A stretch of 41,160 bases of DNA from the IMG/VR virus record IMGVR_UViG_3300028588_000042, positions 1-41,160 of that record. The stretch is one strand, 5' to 3'. Positions 17,912-25,894 of this stretch are shown piece after piece. Position numbers and translations under genes: made by a program. This DNA is from a virus (lineage: Duplodnaviria > Caudoviricetes). The notes below the pieces were generated by a model, which saw nothing but the letters and a program-made list of their open reading frames with translations, did not search any database and was not told the DNA's origin. Within the stretch, counting starts at the first letter, position 1. Every line of letters starts with the position of its first letter.

Positions 17912-18285
17912 CGCCGGGTCCGGTCCATGTAGCGTTCCCCGGTCGCCAGCAGCGTTTCGACGTAATCGGCGGCCGGGGGCATTCCGTCCGCCTTGCGACG
18001 GTTGAGAATATCCCGAGCAATCGCCGTCATCTCACTGCGAGCCTGGCGGCAAATCTCCGCCTCCCGCGTCCCCGGCTTGGCGTGACGCGTCTCGACCGAG
18101 GCGAGGACGTAGGCGAGGAGGGGAACGCCCTCCGACTTAGCGCGAGCCGCAAACAGCTCCCGACACTTGGTCCGGCAAAACGTGCGGCCGCGCCCGCGTC
18201 CGCCGGCCTCGACCGTGTCTCCACAGTTCGGGCAAGTGCCGGAGACGGTGGCGGGGGCGACGAGGGCGGGGGCGGTTGCGGTCAT
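17908..18285 (-). CDS. Zinc-finger protein (CxxC...FCxxxC)
   Basis: CPNCG...RTFCRTKCR; CCGGAG RBS; has its own promoter. Confidence 0.8.
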   Translation of the reverse strand: MTATAPALVAPATVSGTCPNCGDTVEAGGRGRGRTFCRTKCRELFAARAKSEGVPLLAYVLASVETRHAKPGTREAEICRQARSEMTAIARDILNRRKADGMPPAADYVETLLATGERYMDRTRR

Positions 18286-18309
18286 GGTCCTATCTCCGGT
18301 CGGACGTGG

Positions 18310-18326
18310 AAGCGTGTTACACGCTT
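18310..18326. promoter_or_regulatory. Perfect palindrome AAGCGTGT-T-ACACGCTT over the predicted start site (operator)
   Basis: 8-bp perfect arms directly downstream of the -10 box of the leftward promoter. Confidence 0.75.
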
Positions 18327-18354
18327 TACATAGGCAATGGGACCGGAGGGTCAA
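18327..18354 (-). promoter_or_regulatory. Leftward sigma70-type promoter TTGACC-N16-TATGTA
   Basis: Same -10 and spacing as the promoter at 27225-27252; GGTCCC in the spacer. Confidence 0.7.
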
Positions 18355-18367
18355 TACACATTCGCGA

Positions 18368-18754
18368 TTAGAGGGCGCTCTCCTCGCCGTTTTCTAGCGG
18401 CTGGCTGAACACGCAAAGGCCATCGCCCGACGCCGGTTCGTACCTGGCGCAAAGGCCCGGCCGCGTTTCCCAACGGGAGCATCGACCGGTGCGCTTGTCG
18501 AGGGCGTTGCAGCGCCACAACCAGGAGGAATAGGTCCGGCCGGCGTCGGGGTCCGGCTGGTCCCCGTCGCCATCGGGGACCGTCCATGTCTGGATACGCT
18601 CGATCGGCTCGAACGTATGGAGATCGGGCGACCATTCGACAATGATCTCGCTCGGGTCGTCGTCGTCCCAAACCGCGAGGACTTGGCCCTCGCGGCTGAG
18701 GTTCATCACCTGGCAACACGCCCCCGGAGCGGGGCAACGATCACAAAGGCTCAT
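18368..18754 (-). CDS. YkgJ/CxxCxxCC-family cysteine-cluster protein
   Basis: CDRCPAPGACC...CNALD..TGRCSRWETRPGLCARY. Confidence 0.85.
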   Translation of the reverse strand: MSLCDRCPAPGACCQVMNLSREGQVLAVWDDDDPSEIIVEWSPDLHTFEPIERIQTWTVPDGDGDQPDPDAGRTYSSWLWRCNALDKRTGRCSRWETRPGLCARYEPASGDGLCVFSQPLENGEESAL

Positions 18755-18920
18755 AGCTGGTCCCGACCGGGCGCGGGGGTATGGGGTCGCCCCTGGTCGC
18801 CTCGAGCGCGGCGTTCTCGATCGCTGCCTCCGCAAGGCTCTCGACCGATCGACCGGTTTCGGCCGCAACCCTTTCGAGGATCGCGGCCGTCCGGTCGTCA
18901 ACGTAGCAGGAGAGGATCAC
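18741..18920 (-). CDS. Ribbon-helix-helix (CopG/Arc-like) DNA-binding protein, 59 aa, absent from the ORF track
   Basis: GTG overlaps the upstream TGA; MILSCYVDDRTAAILERVAAETGRSVESLAEAAIE is an alternating beta-strand plus helix-GRS-helix. Confidence 0.75.
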   Translation of the reverse strand: MILSCYVDDRTAAILERVAAETGRSVESLAEAAIENAALEATRGDPIPPRPVGTSYEPL

Positions 18921-19993
18921 GCGTCGCCGTCCGCTGGCGGAATAGCAGACGCGCCGTTTTCGATCTCGAACCGATATTTCTCCGGCCGTTCGAGGATGGC
19001 GCGCGCCAGGGCGGCCCGTCCCGCGTCCGTCACGGCAAAATACCGCATCTTAGGGCCTCCGTCGTCGCCGGGCTGCGCTCCTGGCTCCTCCCAATACTCG
19101 GGCAACTCGCGGAAGCGGCTCGCAAGATGGCTGTTGCCGGGCGTCCCGAAGCGATTGCGATACGTCTCGATCAACGGATCGCGCGGTCGGCCTAAGGCGT
19201 GGTGCATGCGCTCGAAATCTAGCGAGTCCAGCTCGGCAACCGGCGGCGGCGCGGCCCCCTCGATGTCCTCCGGCCGGATGCTGGGAATATTCCCGGCGGC
19301 GCGCTCGGCGGCTCGCGTTTCCTCGGACAGCTGCGCGTCGCGCTGCTTTGTGTCGATCCGATCGTTCTCGCGGTGAACCCGTTCGAGTTCGGCGAGCGCG
19401 AGTGCAATTCCCTGCACGAGCTGCGCCGTCCGGAGCTGGCCGGGCTTAACCCAGGGCGTCTGCCAGAATGATGCCTGATCGAGCGGGGCTAGGTGACGGG
19501 TTCCGTCCGGCGCAATCGCACAGGCGGCCTCGAACGCGATCCGCTGGTCATCGTGAGTGTCGTCGTGTTCGGGGGTCCAGCCTTTGCCGATCTGGCGGAA
19601 GCGCTCGGCCATCACGAGATGAACGGCGTAAAGGGTGTCGGACGGTATCTCCGTCGCCAAACTGACGAAGTCGGAGGGTAGGCGCGGGCCGGTAGGTTGA
19701 GCGGCGGCCGCTCGCATAGTCGTCGCGCCATCCCGGAGGTACTGCTCGAACAGCTCGGCCGCCTTGACGATCCGCTCGGGCTTGTAGACGTCAGCCCCGC
19801 TGATCTTGATCGCCTGCTCGAGCGCGATCGACCGGACGCGCTGGTCGGGATTGTTGTAGGTATCGAACCGGCGGGTCTTCCCCGCCATCTCGTTCAGCTC
19901 CTCCGGCTTGATCGCGCCGGCCGCGCCGGCCGCGCCGAGCTTATGCTCGCTGCCCCATTTGGTCGGGGCTTCTCGTGTCGTTTCGTCGGTCAT
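18917..19993 (-). CDS. Mosaic three-domain hypothetical phage protein
   Basis: AAGGA RBS; RSIALEQA...AELFEQYL; AERFRQIGKGWTPEHDDTH...ALALAELER; MHHALG...YRNRF...FAVTDAGRAAL. Confidence 0.8.
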   Translation of the reverse strand: MTDETTREAPTKWGSEHKLGAAGAAGAIKPEELNEMAGKTRRFDTYNNPDQRVRSIALEQAIKISGADVYKPERIVKAAELFEQYLRDGATTMRAAAAQPTGPRLPSDFVSLATEIPSDTLYAVHLVMAERFRQIGKGWTPEHDDTHDDQRIAFEAACAIAPDGTRHLAPLDQASFWQTPWVKPGQLRTAQLVQGIALALAELERVHRENDRIDTKQRDAQLSEETRAAERAAGNIPSIRPEDIEGAAPPPVAELDSLDFERMHHALGRPRDPLIETYRNRFGTPGNSHLASRFRELPEYWEEPGAQPGDDGGPKMRYFAVTDAGRAALARAILERPEKYRFEIENGASAIPPADGDA

Positions 19994-20304
19994 TTCCGGT
20001 TCCTTTCTGCCGGGGAGGTAAGCTCGGCCGCCTGAAACGAGCCGTCGCAAACGGCGAGGCTCGGTGAAGCGGAGTGTTCGGATGGAGTGCGGACCCGGCG
20101 GCCGCCCGTGGCATACTGCCACGCGCCGACCGTGATCGCGCCACAGGTCCGGCAACGCGCATCCATCGCCTCGACCTGGTCGTCCGGGGCTAGGTGCGCG
20201 GCGGCGTGGGCGAAGTCGGCGGCGACGGCTGCGGCTTGTGTTGAGACGGCGGCGGTTCGGCCGAGGGCGGCCATGAACCGGCCGTAGGGGGATTGCCCGG
20301 TCAC
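19990..20304 (-). CDS. Hypothetical protein with CxxC...H...C
   Basis: GTGA and ATGA overlaps at both ends; RCRTCG. Confidence 0.6.
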   Translation of the reverse strand: MTGQSPYGRFMAALGRTAAVSTQAAAVAADFAHAAAHLAPDDQVEAMDARCRTCGAITVGAWQYATGGRRVRTPSEHSASPSLAVCDGSFQAAELTSPAERNRK

Positions 20305-20579
20305 GACGGCTTGCCCCCGAACATGCGGGACGCGACGCGCCTTACGCTCTCGTGGCAATGGGTGCAGATCCTCGGCACGTTCGGCGGCGGATCGGCCGAG
20401 ACGAGGATCGTCTCCCCGCAGCTCTCGCACGGCTGGCGCGTCGAGGTCTGTCGGTTCTGTGCAACGTCGCGTTGCACGGCCGGGGGGTAGCCTGAGATCG
20501 GCGGCAGATCGGCCTGGCGGAAGCAAACGTAAAAGTCGGCTTGCGCGGCCTCGAGCGGGTCAACGGCGCGGAACGTCAA
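20301..20579 (-). CDS. Zinc-ribbon protein
   Basis: CESCG...ICTHC; GGAG RBS; TTG start overlapping the upstream stop. Confidence 0.7.
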   Translation of the reverse strand: MTFRAVDPLEAAQADFYVCFRQADLPPISGYPPAVQRDVAQNRQTSTRQPCESCGETILVSADPPPNVPRICTHCHESVRRVASRMFGGKPS

Positions 20580-21034
20580 AAGTCATCTCCAACTTGGGGC
20601 GGGAACATGAGGGACCGAGCCTCGAGGACGTCGAGGAGCCCGGCGGGGAGGCTGAGACGGCCGCCTAGTTTCGCCTGGATCGTGATTGTCCCGGTTCCGG
20701 AGGCTGCATCGAGCGTCACCCCGATAGGTGTCCAGCCGGCCTCGAGCGCCTCGGCGAGATTGCACGGCGCGGCCTCGCCGTTGACGAACACGCGCTCGAC
20801 CGTCGCGGGTCCGGCGACCAGGCGCATCACTCCGTTACCCTCGGTATAGGTGGCGGTATCACGCCCGATCGTGATCTCCACGTCCTCCGGCGACGTCACG
20901 CCCTCGCCACGCTCGGCGCGCTCGCAAGCGCGGAGGAGCCGCAGCGCCTCGCAAACGTCCTGGATTTCGTGCGGATGGATGCGCGCCCCCGTCCCCTTCC
21001 GGCGGGCCAGGCGCAAGCGGCTGTCTAGGCTCAT
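20576..21034 (-). CDS. Hypothetical protein
   Basis: AAGGA RBS; translationally coupled on both sides. Confidence 0.7.
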   Translation of the reverse strand: MSLDSRLRLARRKGTGARIHPHEIQDVCEALRLLRACERAERGEGVTSPEDVEITIGRDTATYTEGNGVMRLVAGPATVERVFVNGEAAPCNLAEALEAGWTPIGVTLDAASGTGTITIQAKLGGRLSLPAGLLDVLEARSLMFPPQVGDDF

Positions 21035-21408
21035 TTCCGTTCCTTTCGCGCGGCGCGTTCGGCCGCCCGGCGACGCTGGCGGGTTTCGTGTCCCGGATGC
21101 AAGTCGGCCTCGACAATCTGCCGCAGGCGTTGCTCGAGGTCCTGAGCCTGCGCGCCCGTGGGAAGGTTGTAGGCGACAGGGCTCGACCTGAGGTTCGCGA
21201 CGTCGATCGTTGGCGCGAGGGGCATGGGAAGCGCGAAATCAGCTCCGGCGACGACCGGGCCGGGGCGCGGAAGGCGGATTGCCGCGCCAGGCAAGTCGTT
21301 CATGGTGTGAACCTCCCCGAGCAGTCCGAGCGATGGGCCGGAGCCGTCGCCGTAGAGGATCAAGTCGCCCCAATTGCCCGCGTCCCAACGGGGAACGATC
21401 GCGCTCAC
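21031..21408 (-). CDS. Hypothetical protein
   Basis: GTGA overlap with the HTH gene; basic C-terminus ETRQRRRAAER. Confidence 0.6.
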   Translation of the reverse strand: MSAIVPRWDAGNWGDLILYGDGSGPSLGLLGEVHTMNDLPGAAIRLPRPGPVVAGADFALPMPLAPTIDVANLRSSPVAYNLPTGAQAQDLEQRLRQIVEADLHPGHETRQRRRAAERAARKERK

Positions 21409-21689
21409 GACTTGGCCGCCATGATGCCGGCGACGGCGTCCTCGGTCCGCTTGCGACGCTCGGCGGCGACGTCGGCGAGGAGCTGGATCGCGACGGCGGC
21501 GATACCGGGGACGGGACGATCGCCACGCTCCCAACGCCCGACCGTCCGGCGCGCGGTCCGCAGCTCGACGGCAACCTCGACTTGCGTCCCGATACTCTCG
21601 CGCAGGCGCGTGAAGTCCTCCGGGGGCATGGTCGGGAACCCCGCGTCCGGATCGATCGGCAAACGGGACTGTCGGGGGGTGTCGTTCAT
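21405..21689 (-). CDS. XRE/Cro-type HTH protein (no peptidase domain)
   Basis: FTRLRESIGTQVEVAVELRTARRTVGRWERGDRPVP. Confidence 0.88.
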   Translation of the reverse strand: MNDTPRQSRLPIDPDAGFPTMPPEDFTRLRESIGTQVEVAVELRTARRTVGRWERGDRPVPGIAAVAIQLLADVAAERRKRTEDAVAGIMAAKS

Positions 21690-21958
21690 GCGGGTTCCTT
21701 TCGGGTGCGGATCAAGCCGGCGCGCTCGGCGGCGGCGGTGAAGTGGGCGAGGCGGTTCGCGGCGGTCGCCATCCGCCCCTTGCGAACCTTGATGCCCTCG
21801 GCGACCATCGCCTCGAGACGGGCAACCCCGGCGGCGGCGCGGTCGAGCTGATCGACCAGGCGGGCGCGGCGTTGATGATGGGCTATGTCCTGGCGCTCCC
21901 GCTCGGCGACGCCGGGATCGATAGGCAGGGCAAGGCGCTGGTATCGGTTCAAATACAT
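21686..21958 (-). CDS. Hypothetical helical protein
   Basis: CCGGAG RBS; first gene after the promoter at 21986-22014. Confidence 0.7.
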   Translation of the reverse strand: MYLNRYQRLALPIDPGVAERERQDIAHHQRRARLVDQLDRAAAGVARLEAMVAEGIKVRKGRMATAANRLAHFTAAAERAGLIRTRKEPA

Positions 21959-21985
21959 CGGGCGAGTTCTCCGGTTCGCTTCAAC

Positions 21986-22014
21986 TGTATGGGGCCAGCG
22001 GTCCCAACGCGCAA
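21986..22014 (-). promoter_or_regulatory. Leftward promoter TTGCGC-N17-CATACA
   Basis: Spacer shares 13 bp (TTGGGACCGCTGG) exactly with the 27225-27252 promoter. Confidence 0.65.
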
Positions 22015-22032
22015 GAGGGAACAGGGAAGGGC

Positions 22033-22060
22033 TTGCAAGTGCCGGGCGGGACAGTATGTG
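22033..22060 (+). promoter_or_regulatory. Rightward promoter TTGCAA-N16-TATGTG driving a small RNA
   Basis: Same architecture as the other early promoters; no credible + strand CDS downstream. Confidence 0.65.
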
Positions 22061-22065
22061 TCGGG

Positions 22066-22141
22066 ACGTCGGCTCGCCGGCCGCTCTCTCCGGGGCGCTC
22101 TAGGCCCGTCGCCAGGTTGGAAGCCCGGCGGCGGGCCTTTT
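22066..22141 (+). ncRNA. Putative three-hairpin antisense small RNA
   Basis: Promoter upstream; hairpins 22068-81, 22082-97 (CUCC loop) and 22102-22138 followed by a T-run; two 11-nt segments complementary to the 27198-27218 leader. Confidence 0.7.
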
Positions 22142-22144
22142 CCG

Positions 22145-22531
22145 TTACTGGCCTGGGATGAACGAGTTCGACCGGTGGAGATCGTGGTCGAGTTGCTTAC
22201 GCATCGTGTCCCATTTGGCGCGGCGGGCCTTGGCGATCCCCTCGTCCCCCCGCTCCTCCAGCGCGACAACCTTCGCGATCAGGTCGTCGGCGTTGGCTCC
22301 CTCCGGCACAACGCCGGCAAGCTCCCGCCATTCGACGTTGATGGTTTGCAGCTCACCCTTGGGAAGTCTGAGGGTGACGCCAAGCTCTGCGATCCCGATC
22401 ACGGACCCGACCAGCCAACCGCCGAGGGAGAGCCGGGCGAGGACGCGCTCCCCGGTCTCGATCTTCAGCGCGTTCCACCGGGGGTCGCCAAACGTCCGCG
22501 TCTTGCCAGTGGAGGGGGTGAACACGCGCAC
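22145..22531 (-). CDS. Hypothetical protein (beta-barrel/SH3-like middle)
   Basis: GGAG RBS, GTG start; GERVLARL..GWLVGSVIGI..GVTLRL. Confidence 0.65.
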   Translation of the reverse strand: MRVFTPSTGKTRTFGDPRWNALKIETGERVLARLSLGGWLVGSVIGIAELGVTLRLPKGELQTINVEWRELAGVVPEGANADDLIAKVVALEERGDEGIAKARRAKWDTMRKQLDHDLHRSNSFIPGQ

Positions 22532-22534
22532 GGC

Positions 22535-23395
22535 CTAAGCTCCCCGGATCGCTGAAACGAGGGCGATCAAGTCGAGCTTGCCGTCGATCGTGACGGCCGA
22601 TTGATCGTCTGTATCGAGGTATCCAATCCCTTCCGACCCGCTGGCCGCGTATTGGCGCCCCAGCTCCTCGACGGCGGCCGCCACCATTTGCGGGAGCGAG
22701 GTAAGCTCGACCTCCGGCGCTGGTCCCGGCTGCTCGACCTCTACGGCCGGCGGCGCGGGGGGGTTAAGCTCGACGCCTAGCATCCGCTCCAGGTCGGCCT
22801 GGACGGTCGGATCGACGGGCTCGCCGGGGAACGGCATCCCCTTGCCGGTATCGCCTCGGACTAGGTCGTCCAAGGTAAGGAGAGGCAGGCGGCGAACCGC
22901 CTGCAATGGATCGACCAGCTCGATCAGATCCGCGAGCCGCTCGGCGGCGGCGGCGTTATCCATGGCCTGCCAATCCTGCTCTAGGGTCGGCCCTGAGACA
23001 CGCTCCTCGAGCTTCCGGCCGAGCGCGATCACGGCGGCGCGTAAGGCGGCGGCGATCTCGACGGCTCTACCGTATTCCGCAATCTGCCGGTCGAGCTGAA
23101 CCGGCACGACCCCGACCTCCGACCCGTAGAGACTCCCGACCAGCGCCCCTTCCGCGTCCTGGACGAACCATCGGCGTAGGTGAACAAACGGAAGCACGTC
23201 GGTTGTGAAGAAATGGCCGCCCGCCGCGAGCGCGTTTAGCTCCGCCTCGTCAAACTGCCATGCCGTCGTGCAGGCCGGGCCGGTGGCGTCGATCGACTGA
23301 AGGACCGAGATCGTCAGGCATTCGCCTTGCGTCGCCGGGTCCCAGCCCTTGGGCGGTCCGATCTCTCGGCCGCCCGTGATGGGTACGTTCCGCAT
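22535..23395 (-). CDS. Hypothetical phage protein
   Basis: N-terminal GPPKGWD...EC...AW...AELNALAAG phage-type domain; TAATG overlap. Confidence 0.75.
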   Translation of the reverse strand: MRNVPITGGREIGPPKGWDPATQGECLTISVLQSIDATGPACTTAWQFDEAELNALAAGGHFFTTDVLPFVHLRRWFVQDAEGALVGSLYGSEVGVVPVQLDRQIAEYGRAVEIAAALRAAVIALGRKLEERVSGPTLEQDWQAMDNAAAAERLADLIELVDPLQAVRRLPLLTLDDLVRGDTGKGMPFPGEPVDPTVQADLERMLGVELNPPAPPAVEVEQPGPAPEVELTSLPQMVAAAVEELGRQYAASGSEGIGYLDTDDQSAVTIDGKLDLIALVSAIRGA

Positions 23396-23949
23396 TATAC
23401 CGCCCCCCCGATTGCGAGGACAAACGCGACGATCGCCGCGATAGCCAGCGCGACGCAGCCGACGAACACGAGTCCGCTAATCCAGTATTCCTTGTCGGCG
23501 CGTTCCGGCGGCGGGATTTCGTTCCAGTTATCCTCGCCCTGGTAGTCCGGGAGATCGATAGGGGGCGGGTCCTGGCGCGTGTCGTCCGGGATGATGACGT
23601 TCGCGTCAACGCGCTGGATCGCGTTCTCCGCGAGGACCCGGTCGGCGGGGTCGCGCATGTCGAGCGGGCGGATAAGCGTATCCCCGGCGGCGAGATCGAC
23701 CGGCTTCGCCTTCCCGGTCGCCAACCGATCGCACGTCTCCGCGACGGCGGCGTCCGTGCGGAGCTGCATGTCACCCTGGAATTGCACCAGGCCGACCTGG
23801 CGGCCGCTGTTATCGCGCAGCCGGAAGCATGCGCCCCCGATGTATTCGACGTCGTGAACCTGGTCGATCGAGGCGCGCAGGTCGGCGTGGATCGGCTCGA
23901 CTGGCAGTCCGCCTGTCTGTAGCCAGCTCCGCTTTACGGCGGGATGCAT
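23395..23949 (-). CDS. C-terminally membrane-anchored hypothetical protein
   Basis: AAGGA RBS; terminal hydrophobic segment WISGLVFVGCVALAIAAIVAFVLAI. Confidence 0.75.
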   Translation of the reverse strand: MHPAVKRSWLQTGGLPVEPIHADLRASIDQVHDVEYIGGACFRLRDNSGRQVGLVQFQGDMQLRTDAAVAETCDRLATGKAKPVDLAAGDTLIRPLDMRDPADRVLAENAIQRVDANVIIPDDTRQDPPPIDLPDYQGEDNWNEIPPPERADKEYWISGLVFVGCVALAIAAIVAFVLAIGGAV

Positions 23950-23999
23950 GTTACTTCCTTTCGATGGTGACGAGTGTCCGGCCGGATATCGGCCGAGGA

Positions 24000-24227
24000 T
24001 TAGAGAAGGGCGCGGCCGGCGGTGGCGGCGACCAGGACAGCAAGGCCGGCGAGCCCCGCCCCAATCCGGAGCATCCGGTCCTCGCGCTCGCGCTGGACGG
24101 CGGCGCGAGCCTCCGCAAGCAACCGGTCAAGAACCGTGATCGGTGGGAGGTTGCTCTCCGGGACCGGCTTTGAATAGCGCGGCGCGGGAGTGAATAAGCC
24201 GAGGCTTGGGAGTTCTGGATCGGGCAT
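24000..24227 (-). CDS. Small C-terminally anchored membrane protein
   Basis: CCGGAGAG RBS; IGAGLAGLAVLVAATAG tail. Confidence 0.7.
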   Translation of the reverse strand: MPDPELPSLGLFTPAPRYSKPVPESNLPPITVLDRLLAEARAAVQREREDRMLRIGAGLAGLAVLVAATAGRALL

Positions 24228-24279
24228 GGTGTCGTCTCTCCGGTTGACTGTCCCGTCATGCGCTTGGGACCGGTGGGCG

Positions 24280-24564
24280 TCAAGCGAGCTTGCGATCGGC
24301 TCCACGCTGACGCGTCCGAGCGATGCGATCGGCGGCCTGCAACCTGGTCGTCATCTCGCCGATCCTGTCGAGCGCGTTTGTCAGGTCCGCATGGGCGCGT
24401 TGGCTCGCTCCGATCGCGGCCGCTTCGGATAGGCGCGCCTCGTTCCGCTCTCCCGCGACCCGCTCGAGCGTCGCCTTGCAACGATGGTGGCGGCGGAGCA
24501 GCGCGACGTGTGCGAGGGCGAGAACCGCAAGCGCAGCGGCGGCGATAAGTAGGGTCGTGTCCAT
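24280..24564 (-). CDS. N-terminal TM plus coiled-coil protein
   Basis: CCGGAG RBS; LLIAAAALAVLALAHVALL then RRHHR and heptads. Confidence 0.75.
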   Translation of the reverse strand: MDTTLLIAAAALAVLALAHVALLRRHHRCKATLERVAGERNEARLSEAAAIGASQRAHADLTNALDRIGEMTTRLQAADRIARTRQRGADRKLA

Positions 24565-24585
24565 GGGTAAGTCTCCGGTTGGTGA

Positions 24586-24939
24586 TTACTGATCGTTCGA
24601 GGCGGCCGGCCTCGCGCGGTTGATGTAGGCGGCGGCGCGATCCTCGGCGGCCTGGCGCTCGAGCATCTCGGCGATAGCCTTTGCGAGGTAGTCGGTTGCG
24701 TCGGCGACGATCGTCCCGACGCCCCCGATCCCGTAACACGCTTGCGCCATGACAGCGGCGGCCCCGTCCAGGTGCGCTTTGCAGATCCCGGAGGCGAGCG
24801 CGTCCGGCGGGATCGTGTCGTCGTGCGCGAGCTGGTGAAGGATCGACGCGGCCCCGAGCATGAAGGCGGAGCTAAGTTCGGACGATGCGCGCTCGAGAGC
24901 TACGGGATCGACCGTCTCGAAAAGGACGTGTTCCGTCAT
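24586..24939 (-). CDS. Hypothetical helical protein
   Basis: CCGGAGG RBS; ATGA overlap. Confidence 0.72.
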   Translation of the reverse strand: MTEHVLFETVDPVALERASSELSSAFMLGAASILHQLAHDDTIPPDALASGICKAHLDGAAAVMAQACYGIGGVGTIVADATDYLAKAIAEMLERQAAEDRAAAYINRARPAASNDQ

Positions 24940-25271
24940 GGTCTATTCCTCCGGTTAGGTTGCTGCTTGCCGCGCAAGTCGGGTTGCCAAAAGGCATAAG
25001 GACCTGGCGCGCGCGGGGGCTTGTGGTCGATCAACGGAAGCCGGTCGCCCTCGTCATGGCCGAGCGCGTCCTCGATCTCGTCTATCCCGACCAAGATATC
25101 GTTGTAGCCTCGAGCCTCGATAATGTCGGCGCGTGGGCCTTTCGCGTACCAACCGGTTTCGACGGCGCAGCTCCCGTTGTGGAGGACGCCGGGCTCGTAC
25201 CACAACCGCCAGCGACGGTGGCGGAGCGCGCCGACCGGAGGGCGGGGCACGGTGGGGTCGTGTGTCACCAT
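24936..25271 (-). CDS. Hypothetical protein
   Basis: Coupled to both neighbours. Confidence 0.6.
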   Translation of the reverse strand: MVTHDPTVPRPPVGALRHRRWRLWYEPGVLHNGSCAVETGWYAKGPRADIIEARGYNDILVGIDEIEDALGHDEGDRLPLIDHKPPRAPGPYAFWQPDLRGKQQPNRRNRP

Positions 25272-25894
25272 GCCGTTGCACCCATTTCCTCGAGCCAATT
25301 CGACCAGCTCGGGTCCGCTAGAACCTCGTGCAATGTGCCGGCTCCGTCGCTGAACATGGCCGCGTCGAGGGCCAGATCGCGTTCGTCACCTGTTCGGAAC
25401 CAGCGCGCAATCTTGCGGAACGGCGGCAGTTCGTGGCGCAGTCTCCAAGTCTTGACGGTCGCGATCGGGCATTCGGCTTCTGCTGCTATCTGGCGATCCG
25501 TCAGCCCTTGCCGGTAGAGGGTGAACCGCTGCTCATGGCGAGCGACGAAACCCGGATGCGTCGTCGCCTTCACGCGACTGTGATGGGGCGGAAGTCCGCA
25601 GCGTCGTCTCCACGCCTTTACGGTCGCGGCTGGCCTCCCCTCCACCTCGGCTATCTGGCGATCCGTCATCCCGGAGCGATACAAAGTCAGTCGGCGGCTC
25701 TGCATGTCGGGGTCCCAATGTCGCGGGTGAGGCTCAAGCCCTCGGCGGCTGCGCCACATCGCAACGGCGTTAGAGCAAACCCCCTCCGCCTTCGCGATAG
25801 CCTTGTCCGACATTCCCGATCGATACAGCTCGAGCCGGCGGCGGGTCTGGTCTGCCGTCAAGCCGCGCGTGTCGATTTCCTTGCGCCGGGTCAC
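25265..25894 (-). CDS. Triple tandem HTH protein with sigma region-3.2-like C-terminus
   Basis: Three LYxxG(M/L)(S/T)DxxIA...(T/A)VxxWRxRxxL units; tail LALDAAMFSDGAGTLHEVLAD. Confidence 0.85.
   Translation of the reverse strand: MTRRKEIDTRGLTADQTRRRLELYRSGMSDKAIAKAEGVCSNAVAMWRSRRGLEPHPRHWDPDMQSRRLTLYRSGMTDRQIAEVEGRPAATVKAWRRRCGLPPHHSRVKATTHPGFVARHEQRFTLYRQGLTDRQIAAEAECPIATVKTWRLRHELPPFRKIARWFRTGDERDLALDAAMFSDGAGTLHEVLADPSWSNWLEEMGATAW

Noticed and set aside
21405-21689. CI master repressor
   Set aside because: It is a short HTH with no S24 peptidase domain, second gene in an operon and not at the divergent switch. It remains a candidate operator binder.
24280-24564. Displaced i-spanin
   Set aside because: It is in the early arm, and the basic residues follow the TM segment, implying a cytoplasmic coiled coil, the opposite topology to Rz.
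24727-24743. Operator half-site GTAACACGCTT
   Set aside because: It lies inside a CDS and the left arm is absent.
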